Assembly (NCBI GenBank): GCA_038065555.1
Contig: JBBTQS010000004.1
Coordinates: forward strand, 65-64,064
Direction: 5' to 3'
DNA: 64,000 bases
DNA from: Patescibacteria group bacterium
GTDB lineage: Bacteria > Patescibacteriota > Patescibacteriia > Magasanikbacterales > JBBTQS01
The position numbers and the translations under genes were made by a program. The notes below the pieces were generated by a model that saw nothing but the letters and a program-made list of their open reading frames with translations, did no database searches and had not been told where the DNA came from. Numbering within the stretch: position 1 is the first letter of the stretch; each line of letters begins with the position of its first letter. Positions 9,976 to 17,580 of this stretch are shown in pieces.

Positions 9976-10665
9976 TTACGGTTCAGCACTGACGCCCAGG
10001 CTTTCTCCGTTTTCGAGCCGCTCCTCGACCTCCTCACGCAGTGCGGAGCGGCTGAAGGCGTCGATCCCGAGCGATGTGCGCCAGGCCCGGATAGTGTTCC
10101 TCGAGACACCACAGCATCCAGCGATTTCGCTGTCACTGATCTGGCCGAGAAATGGCTCAGCCACCGTTCGCCATTCCGGCCTCTCGTTGTAGGGATACTT
10201 CCCAAACCCTGCCCGTTCGTACGCATTGCGCAGCGTTCCGTAGTGCACGACTGCAGAACGGTGGAGCGATGCGTTCTCCTCCAGCAGCAGCGCCGGTTCC
10301 ATGACGCCTGTGTTACGTAGCGCCTCGAGCACCTGCGATGGGCAGTAGAAGGAGACCTCGATCTGACTCATCGCATTCCGGAAGCTGTGTATGAGTTTTG
10401 CCACGAACCGATGCCGGCAGTGGGTACTCGGACAGGTAGTCTGGATATCTGTCGGACTGTCAGAGAATCCTGCGGCGATTTCTGCTGTGGTCAGCCGACG
10501 ATTACATCCTGGGCACTCACCACGTGGTGAGTACACCTCGCCAGTGAGTGCTTCGACGAGCTCGAGCCGCTTGTCGAAGACTGCTTGTCTGATGGCGAGC
10601 TTCTGCGCCTGTGTCAGTGCGACATGTTGCTCCATCTTCTGCGACGGTACCTGCGATTGACTCAT
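9976..10665 (-). CDS. Cys4 zinc-ribbon + C-terminal HTH protein (putative regulator)
   Basis: Start MSQSQV downstream of predicted promoter copy B. CPGCNRR...CPSTHCRHR cysteine pairs. C-terminal ISDSEIAGCCGVSRNTIRAWRTSLGI is HTH-like. Confidence 0.55.
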   Translation of the reverse strand: MSQSQVPSQKMEQHVALTQAQKLAIRQAVFDKRLELVEALTGEVYSPRGECPGCNRRLTTAEIAAGFSDSPTDIQTTCPSTHCRHRFVAKLIHSFRNAMSQIEVSFYCPSQVLEALRNTGVMEPALLLEENASLHRSAVVHYGTLRNAYERAGFGKYPYNERPEWRTVAEPFLGQISDSEIAGCCGVSRNTIRAWRTSLGIDAFSRSALREEVEERLENGESLGVSAEP

Positions 10666-10746
10666 GCTAAACACGGTGCACCTCTTTCTTGCCACAGTCA
10701 TCATGACTGCTTGGCAAGAGCTCAGAGTATGTGGTTTTTCCTCGTG

Positions 10747-10794
10747 TGTCAAGATAAAACGAAACCACCCAGCGTGTGAAGCCAGGTGGGTGCG
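10747..10794 (-). repeat. intergenic cassette copy B: terminator-like hairpin + TTGACA-17-TACTCT promoter
   Basis: Same 47-bp element as 8977-9023 with 2-3 mismatches, in the same position relative to the gene upstream and downstream. Confidence 0.7.
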
Positions 10795-10825
10795 GGAGAG
10801 ATGGGTTGATGTCTCTCCAACATCG

Positions 10826-11835
10826 TTACGCGACTCGCGGAAAGTCGTACCAGACGCGGCTCCCCCGAGACCCGACATCCTCATACCCGAATCCCACTGC
10901 GCCGATTGCGAGCCCGCCAATTGCCGTGCCATGGACAAGCCCGCCAGGTGTCCAGCTTTCGAGTGGTCGATCTGGGTATACACCGCAGATCTCGCGTGCG
11001 AGGCGTCCGGGAGTAAAACTACTGAAACGAACGACGGTACTATCCGTTCGGCCCTCTACTGCGAATTCGACGGATTTGTAGCCGGCCGCAACTCGCGACC
11101 CTGCGAGGTGAATCAGGAAGAGCGCAAGATCCGTGACTCCTCTGTGAACACCACCAGCGTTGCCGGGTGTGTCCTCCTCCCACAACCCATAGAGCGGGGT
11201 AACGGAAGTGAACAGCTCACTGGACACCACATCGCGAAGTATTGTTTGACACTTGCGATGGGCATAGTAGCCGTTCGTGATTTGCATCGCCATCTCCACG
11301 CTACTCGCCACAGGCACACGGACGGTCGGAGGATCAATCGGTCGATGCTTCTCGATGACTGTATACCCCGTACGCATCTCCAACATGATGAGAACCTGCT
11401 GAAGCGCAGCAGACCCCGGAACTGATGAATCTGGCAGGTCGCGCACCAGTTCTCGCAGGAAGTGAACCTGAGATGCGCCGACCTGGCTAAGTGCACCCGC
11501 ACGAACTGGGTACAGGTCGAAGGGCGGCGGTGTGGCGGCGGTGTGGCGGCCATGGGCTGTAGCACGCGCGTTGCACCGCTCGTGAAGTTAGGATCGTAAT
11601 CCCGGCTCAATTGATACCGCCGTCCGTTCACCTCACGTACGAGATGTTCCGCCTCCTCGCTCTTGATCGCCCCAGCGCTCACTGCACTACTGATCATCCA
11701 GAGCATGTGTCCGGCGTTGTCTGTCTCGCCCACAACCCTGCCGCTTGAATCGAAGAGCACATAGAAGTGCGGTTGTCCGAGGCTACTGTACCTTGCATCC
11801 GTGAAGGTACGAATGGAAGCAGTAGAATGATTCAA
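10826..11835 (-). pseudogene. hypothetical protein gene disrupted by an 11-bp tandem duplication (frames of ORFs 11113-11835 and 10826-11446 rejoin if one repeat unit is removed)
   Basis: Removing one ggcggcggtgt unit at 11525-11546 gives a continuous ~336-aa frame ...LQPMAATPPPFDLYPVRAGALSQV... With the duplication the upstream frame runs into low-quality sequence. Confidence 0.6.
11525..11552. repeat. tandem direct repeat: ggcggcggtgt x2 plus partial third copy
   Basis: Read directly; 11-bp unit, not a multiple of 3. Confidence 0.9.
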
Positions 11836-11934
11836 AGAGCACCTCTCACAAAGTACACAGGTCTTGATCTACACACTGTGTGCAAACCACACGAGACTCT
11901 ACATATGGCATCACGATCTGTCAACAGAAGCAAG

Positions 11935-11980
11935 CAAAACAAAAGACACTCCGCGGTGAAGCGAAGTGTCTTTTGTTTTG
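11935..11980 (-). terminator. hairpin terminator downstream of rpsP
   Basis: Perfect 16-bp stem caaaacaaaagacact/agtgtcttttgttttg. Moderate U-rich tail on the minus strand, stronger T/A tracts on plus; possibly bidirectional. Confidence 0.45.
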
Positions 11981-11989
11981 AAAATATCT

Positions 11990-12313
11990 TTATGCTGCTG
12001 GTGCGTTCGCTGCCTTCTTTGCGATGGCAGTTGCGCGGCGCTTCGTGATGGTGATCGAGCGGACCTTCTTGCCGGTGATGAGTCCCTTGTCGATGAACAT
12101 GTTGCGAAGCGTGTCGGTTGGCTGTGCGCCTACTCCGAGCCAGTACTTCACGCGTTCCTCCTTGAGGGTGATTGCGCTCTCCTTCATGAGCGGGCTGAAA
12201 TGGCCGATGATTTCGTTGGTCGTGCCCCATGGATCGCGGCCCTGTTCCACAACAATAATCCGGTATTCCGGCTGCTTTTTCTTTCCAATGCGTGCGAGCT
12301 TGATTTTGACCAT
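11990..12313 (-). CDS. rpsP: 30S ribosomal protein S16
   Basis: MVKIKLARIGKKKQPEYRIIVVEQGRDPWGTTNEIIGHFSP matches the S16 family. Confidence 0.93.
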   Translation of the reverse strand: MVKIKLARIGKKKQPEYRIIVVEQGRDPWGTTNEIIGHFSPLMKESAITLKEERVKYWLGVGAQPTDTLRNMFIDKGLITGKKVRSITITKRRATAIAKKAANAPAA

Positions 12314-12385
12314 AGAAAATAGGCTTCTTCAGTTCGGGGGTATTCTATATTGGATCCAGAAAAGCGTCAAGAGGCTATACCCAGG

Positions 12386-14650
12386 TTATTTTGCAGCGCG
12401 TGCCATAGCATCCTCGAGCCGCACCGACAGAACACGCGACACGCCGTCCTCGCCCATGGTCACTCCGTAGAGAAGCTGTGCTTGTTCCATGGTGGCGCGG
12501 TTGTGGGTGATGGCGACGAATTGGGTCTGGGTGGCGAGCTCGGCGATAATCGCACCGAATCTCACCGAGTTGCTTTCGTCGAGAGCGGCGTCTACCTCGT
12601 CGAGTACCACAAACGGCGACGGGTTGGTGGAGAGAATGGCGCAGATGAGTGCGACGCTCGTGAGTGCTTTCTCGCCGCCGGAGAGTACGGCAATGTCGGT
12701 GACACGCTTGCCTGGAGGTGAAGCGACAATGTCGATGCCGACGAGCGTCTCGGCGGTTGGATCTACTGCAGAAGCGTCTGTAGGCTCGCCCGATTCCTCA
12801 GATGCATTTGCTTGCTGCTCCTTCGGCGTCTGACGAATTTCAACAATCTCAGCACGGCCGCCGTTGAAGAGTGTCGCGAAGAATCTGCCGAACTCGCGGT
12901 TGATTTGTGCAAAAGCGACGGTACGACGCTTGGTGGTGATTGCGTCGAGCTCTACAATCCCCTTCTCGAGCTGCGCGATCGCGAGATCGAGGTCGCGAAC
13001 TTGTGCGTCGAGGAATTCGTGACGCTCGCGTGTTGTCTCGTACTCCTTCATGACTTCCGGGTCAATCGAGCCGATGAGCTCGAGCTGACGGCGCAGGCGA
13101 TACACATCCTGCTGCAATGCCTGCACGTCGACTGCGCGCGCAATCTCTGGTGGAATGGCTTCGATCTCTGCGCGATACTGGGGCACTTCGCGTGCAATCT
13201 CTTCGAGCAAGGTGTCTCGACGCGTCTCGATGCGCGCGAGATCTACTGCAATTGCACTGGCGCGCTGCTCAGTAGTGTGGAGCTGTTTTTGCTTGTCCTG
13301 TAATTCGCGCTGGAGTGCGAAGAATGCACTCTTCTTCTCCTGCTCTTCGCGACTGACCGATGCGATGCGCTCCTGGAGATGGATTGCTTTTTCTTCGATG
13401 AGTACAAGTGTCTTCTCCAGTTCGGCAATTTCTGCCTGCGCCTTGGTGTCCACAAACGCTGCGGGCTGCTGCTGTGGCGCTGGTTGCTGGAGACGTTCAA
13501 TAAGTGAAGCTACTTTGCCAAGGACACCTTTCACAAATCGCTCGAGAATGGAGAGATCGCGTTCGTTCTGCGCATGCGCCACTTCGTCGCGGATGGCTTC
13601 GAGCTCGGTGATGATTTTGGTGAGCGGCAATGGCGCCCATTTCTGTTGGCTCGTGGCGCGGACCGTTGCAACCTCGATCGCATTCTTGAGACGAATAATT
13701 TCTTCGCGCAATTTGGTGCGCTCGCGGTGCACTGCGTCGTACTCCTGTTGGAGTTGCGAGTAAATGTCGTTCTTGGTCTCATGCACTTCCATAGTGCGCA
13801 ACTGCGCAAACGCAGCATCGTACGCAGTCTGCAATGCCTTTTGCTCAATCGCAATGTGATCACGCTCTACAGACATGCGCGTGAGCTGCTCCTGGATGCG
13901 AACCCACTGACCGCCGTAATATTGGATGTACGCTGTGTGGAGCTCGCTCTCCACTTCGTCACGCTTCTCGAGACGCTTCACTTGGCGTGTGAGACTCTGG
14001 AGACGCGGCTCGATTTCGGAGAGCAGCATGCGGGACTCGTGGAGATTCTCGCGGGTGGCGTTGAGTTTGAGTACAGTCTGGTGACGTTTGATCTGGAATT
14101 CTTTGATACCAGCCGCTTCGTCGAAGAATGATTTGCGCTCTGCTGATGTCGCCATGAGCATGTGATCGATCATGCCTTGGCCAACGACGGTGTAGGACTT
14201 CTCCGCGAAGTGTGCGCGGGCGAGCAGGAGTTGGATGTCGACGAGACGCACGCGCGATCCATTGAGGAGATACTCGCCTTCGCCATCACGATACACACGA
14301 CGAGTGATCGCGATCTCGGAATAATCCATTGGATGATCATCGTCAGACTCCGCAGGTTTGATCGTGCCGTCTTCGTTGTTGAGTGTGAGCGTTACTTCCG
14401 CATACCCCATGCGCGACTTCTTGTCTGAACCACCGAAGATGACGTCTTCGGACTTTTTGCCACGAATAATTTTGAGTGACTGTTCGCCCAACACCCAACG
14501 GATTGCGTCTGCAATATTACTTTTGCCCGAACCATTTGGGCCAACAATGGCAGTCACACCCTGTCGCCCGCCGGTGGGTGGGATGAACTGGATGCGTGTT
14601 TTTGCAGCAAAAGACTTGAACCCTTGGACTTCGATGCTGGACAGATACAT
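12386..14650 (-). CDS. smc: chromosome segregation SMC-family ATPase (short, 754 aa)
   Basis: N-terminal QGFKSF...IVGPNGSGKSNIADAIRWVLGEQS, long coiled coil, C-terminal LSGGEKALTSVALI...VVLDEVDAALDE (signature and Walker B/D-loop). Confidence 0.85.
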   Translation of the reverse strand: MYLSSIEVQGFKSFAAKTRIQFIPPTGGRQGVTAIVGPNGSGKSNIADAIRWVLGEQSLKIIRGKKSEDVIFGGSDKKSRMGYAEVTLTLNNEDGTIKPAESDDDHPMDYSEIAITRRVYRDGEGEYLLNGSRVRLVDIQLLLARAHFAEKSYTVVGQGMIDHMLMATSAERKSFFDEAAGIKEFQIKRHQTVLKLNATRENLHESRMLLSEIEPRLQSLTRQVKRLEKRDEVESELHTAYIQYYGGQWVRIQEQLTRMSVERDHIAIEQKALQTAYDAAFAQLRTMEVHETKNDIYSQLQQEYDAVHRERTKLREEIIRLKNAIEVATVRATSQQKWAPLPLTKIITELEAIRDEVAHAQNERDLSILERFVKGVLGKVASLIERLQQPAPQQQPAAFVDTKAQAEIAELEKTLVLIEEKAIHLQERIASVSREEQEKKSAFFALQRELQDKQKQLHTTEQRASAIAVDLARIETRRDTLLEEIAREVPQYRAEIEAIPPEIARAVDVQALQQDVYRLRRQLELIGSIDPEVMKEYETTRERHEFLDAQVRDLDLAIAQLEKGIVELDAITTKRRTVAFAQINREFGRFFATLFNGGRAEIVEIRQTPKEQQANASEESGEPTDASAVDPTAETLVGIDIVASPPGKRVTDIAVLSGGEKALTSVALICAILSTNPSPFVVLDEVDAALDESNSVRFGAIIAELATQTQFVAITHNRATMEQAQLLYGVTMGEDGVSRVLSVRLEDAMARAAK

Positions 14651-14698
14651 ATAGAGGTCATTGTACTATGAGGAAGTTGCACAGTACAATGGTTACAT

Positions 14699-15106
14699 AT
14701 GACAACTACCCACCGATTCACTGGCAAAGGGCTCTTTTATACTGCGGCATTTATTTGCATTATTTCTGTCGTGTTGTCCCCTGTTGGACTTGTGTTCCTC
14801 TGGATGGCCATCCACGCGCGCATCGAACTGACTGATGACGCATTCATCTACCGCATGTTGACCACGAAGGTGATTCCATACGCATCGATCCAATCCATCA
14901 CACAAGCTCGGCCGCACACTGCACACGCGCACATGGACACACTCAACACCACCAAAGCACTCGTGACAGTAGTTCCACTTATCATCGAATACACTCGCGA
15001 CGGCAAATCCAAACGCACCAAGCTGTCGCTCAACTTCTTCGAACGACCATACGACATCCTCACCACGCTCGAAACCCGCAGCGGTCGAGCAGTCGTAAAA
15101 CAATAA
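14699..15106 (+). CDS. hypothetical membrane protein
   Basis: 135 aa with one clear TM (AAFICIISVVLSPVGLVFLWMAI). The overlapping minus ORF is Cys/His-rich junk. Confidence 0.5.
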   Translation: MTTTHRFTGKGLFYTAAFICIISVVLSPVGLVFLWMAIHARIELTDDAFIYRMLTTKVIPYASIQSITQARPHTAHAHMDTLNTTKALVTVVPLIIEYTRDGKSKRTKLSLNFFERPYDILTTLETRSGRAVVKQ

Positions 15107-15150
15107 AAAGAACGTCGCAAAGATTGACGAAGTGAATAAACGTAACATAC

Positions 15151-15235
15151 CAAAAGGCTCTAGCGCTCGTGAGCAAACCGAACCTCAGTTAACGGGGTGG
15201 ATTTGCGAGGGAACGCTAGAGCCTTTTGCTATGCT
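15151..15235 (+). terminator. long hairpin (15-bp perfect arms, ~48-nt loop) followed by T-rich tract
   Basis: caaaaggctctagcg ... cgctagagccttttg, then ctatgctgtttt. Confidence 0.4.
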
Positions 15236-15298
15236 GTTTTAGTACGGTATGCCAACCCTTGCAACGAACCACCAACTCGTGTATAGTCATTTCTCCCT

Positions 15299-16300
15299 AT
15301 GGAGACAATCAGCACCACAATCCATCAGCATCTGTCAGAAAAAGCGCACCATGTGTTGCTGATTTCGCATCCCCGACCAGATGGCGACACACTCTCCGCA
15401 GCATGTGCATTCATGCAGTATTTGCGATTGATCGGGAAGAAGTACACTGCGTTTTGCACCACCGCGATTCCCGCTGATCTCTTGTTCCTTCCTGGGAGCC
15501 GTGAGTTCACATCTGATGTGGGGATCTTTTCGCGCACGGCGTTCGACACGATTTGTTTCTTCGATACCGGCGACTTGCGTCATGCAGGTGTGGAGGAGCT
15601 CATGCAGTCGCTACCCTACCGCCCAACGATTGTGAACATCGACCACCATCACACCAACACACTCTTCGGTACGCACAATCTCGTGCTCACTGATGCGGCG
15701 TCGACCACGGAGACGCTCTACCATTTTTTCCAGGAGAACCACATCGCGATTACCTCAGACATGGCGACAGCGATTCTCACAGGGCTTGTGACAGACACAG
15801 GTAATTTCTCCAACCAAGCAACGACGCCAACGTCGGTGCGTATTGCGGCAGATCTCATGGCCGCTGGTGCAGACTTCGGCACAATTCTCTCCAATACATC
15901 GCGCAACAAATCCATGCGCGCGCTGCAACTCTGGGGTCTCATGCTCTCGCGTCTCACCTATGTTGCAGCCCACAACGTGACCTACACATTCGTACGTCGC
16001 GAAGAACGCGACGCCATGGGCGCAACAGATGACGACATCGACGGACTCGCCAACTTCCTCAATTCGCTCGGCGAAGGACGCGCTGTCATTGTCCTACGCG
16101 AAGTCGATGGCGGTGGTGTCAAAGGCAGCATGCGCACGACCAAGCACGACATGGACGTCTCAGCTATCGCCGCATACTTCGGCGGTGGCGGACACAAAAA
16201 GGCTGCAGGATTCACGCTCAAGAACGCGCAACTCACTGACGCCGCGACTGCGTGGAAGTTGTTGGAGCCAGCATTCCTTGCTACGATGCAAAAACAGTAA
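15299..16300 (+). CDS. nrnA: DHH/DHHA1 phosphoesterase (NrnA-like oligoribonuclease/pAp phosphatase)
   Basis: HPRPDGDTLSAA, NIDHHHTN, GGGGHKKAAG motifs. Confidence 0.85.
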   Translation: METISTTIHQHLSEKAHHVLLISHPRPDGDTLSAACAFMQYLRLIGKKYTAFCTTAIPADLLFLPGSREFTSDVGIFSRTAFDTICFFDTGDLRHAGVEELMQSLPYRPTIVNIDHHHTNTLFGTHNLVLTDAASTTETLYHFFQENHIAITSDMATAILTGLVTDTGNFSNQATTPTSVRIAADLMAAGADFGTILSNTSRNKSMRALQLWGLMLSRLTYVAAHNVTYTFVRREERDAMGATDDDIDGLANFLNSLGEGRAVIVLREVDGGGVKGSMRTTKHDMDVSAIAAYFGGGGHKKAAGFTLKNAQLTDAATAWKLLEPAFLATMQKQ

Positions 16301-16318
16301 CAAACCGTAATCAGCAGT

Positions 16319-16903
16319 ATGACCAACCAATACCTAGTACCAACTGTCATTGAAAAGACGCAATTTGGCGAGCGAGCGTACGACATCTATTCTCGCCTGC
16401 TCAAGGATCGCATTATCTTCCTTGGTTCAGCGATTGACGATGGCGTTGCCAATGCTGTCATCGCACAGCTCCTCTTCCTCGACTCTCAGGACAAGACACA
16501 AGACATCAAGCTGTACATCAACTCCCCCGGCGGATCTGTCACTGCGGGCATGGCAATCTACGACACGATGAAGCTCATCAAGGCTGATGTGTCCACGATC
16601 TGTATCGGTATGGCGGCAAGCATGGCAGCAACACTGCTCGCATCTGGCCAGAAGGGCAAGCGCTATGTTCTCCCCAACGCCGAGGTCATGATCCATCAGG
16701 TAATGGGCGGCACCGAAGGCCAAGCAACGGATATCCAAATCCACGCTGAGCGCATCATCCGCATGAAGAATAGTCTCAACCAAATTCTCTCTGATCTCAC
16801 CGGCCAAACACTCGAGCGCGTGAGCGCAGACACCGAGCGCGATCACTTCATGACAGCAAAAGAAGCGGTGGCGTACGGGATCGTGGATTCCATTATTGAG
16901 TAA
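16319..16903 (+). CDS. clpP: ATP-dependent Clp protease proteolytic subunit
   Basis: [11 protein letters not shown]..., [19 protein letters not shown], catalytic Ser/His/Asp context. Confidence 0.93.
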   Translation: MTNQYLVPTVIEKTQFGERAYDIYSRLLKDRIIFLGSAIDDGVANAVIAQLLFLDSQDKTQDIKLYINSPGGSVTAGMAIYDTMKLIKADVSTICIGMAASMAATLLASGQKGKRYVLPNAEVMIHQVMGGTEGQATDIQIHAERIIRMKNSLNQILSDLTGQTLERVSADTERDHFMTAKEAVAYGIVDSIIE

Positions 16904-16933
16904 TTTCGCTCAGTAACTCGCACGTGTTCCAAT

Positions 16934-17108
16934 AGTACAACAAAGATACCTATTCATCTTTCTGAGAAGTACGTCGTCGCTCGCCCTCCGGGACTCGCGC
17001 GCCTCTATCTCGGAATGTCGGACAACGAGCCACGCCTACAGCGTGTCTACCCAACCAACATTCCTCCGATGGCTTCTCAGAAAGATGAATAGGTATCTTT
17101 GTTGTACT
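16934..17108. repeat. perfect 36-bp inverted repeat flanking a ~103-bp core (MITE-like or large stem-loop)
   Basis: agtacaacaaagatacctattcatctttctgagaag at 16934-16969, exact reverse complement at 17073-17108. Confidence 0.85.
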
Positions 17109-17149
17109 TCCGCGCACGCGCAAGCTATCGAGTGGTTTTACGCAGTAAT

Positions 17150-17350
17150 GGCATACCATATCCCCACACCACCCCCTCAAAAGCAGGGGTGCTAGGGTTG
17201 AGGGGGCCAACGGAGGCCAGCCGGCAGGCAGTATCCGCCTTCAGGCGATACTCATTGTCCGGCTGGCCGAGTTAGAGACCCGATTTCCCGGTGAGGGAAA
17301 TTGAGGTTGTACCCCGACGCCCTAACACCCCTGCTTATGAGTGGGGCCGT
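17150..17350. ncRNA. candidate structured non-coding RNA (GC-rich, multiple long-range complementary segments; identity unknown)
   Basis: Nested complementary pairs: ccccctcaa/ttgaggggg; gcaggggtg...cacccctgc; ggccagccgg...ccggctggcc with an internal cagtatccgcc/ggcgatactc stem. Lies in a 680-bp convergent intergenic region. No confident match to tmRNA, RNase P, SRP or 6S motifs by eye. Confidence 0.2.
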
Positions 17351-17580
17351 CGAGATATGGAAAACCTTTCAATCCAGCGCTTGACAGCTCATAGGACACG
17401 TGGTAGTCTCCTTCCTTGAACCCCCACCACGGGTTGATCTTTTGCAAATTCCTTTCGTTCTCTGCGTCCACGACAAGCATGGAGGTGTATTTTTGGGTTA
17501 TGCTGGCTCCGGCTGGTGTGCATCAATAATGTACCTTCTTGGGCGCAGAGACTGGGAGGGATTTTTTTGTTTTCCAGCGA

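Noticed and set aside
13155-14131. Several 160-200-aa plus-strand ORFs
   Set aside because: All antisense to smc. Ser/Arg/Cys-rich.
14693-15148. 151-aa minus-strand ORF
   Set aside because: Cys/His-rich, no hydrophobic core. The plus-strand 14699-15106 ORF with a clear TM helix is preferred.
17150-17350. Assignment of the structured element to tmRNA, RNase P RNA, SRP RNA or 6S RNA
   Set aside because: Could not find the diagnostic motifs by eye on either strand: GGAAAGUCCGGGC / ACAGAACCCGGCUUA for RNase P, TTCGAATCC-type T-arm plus a tag ORF for tmRNA, GGAAGCAGCC for SRP. Left as an unclassified candidate.
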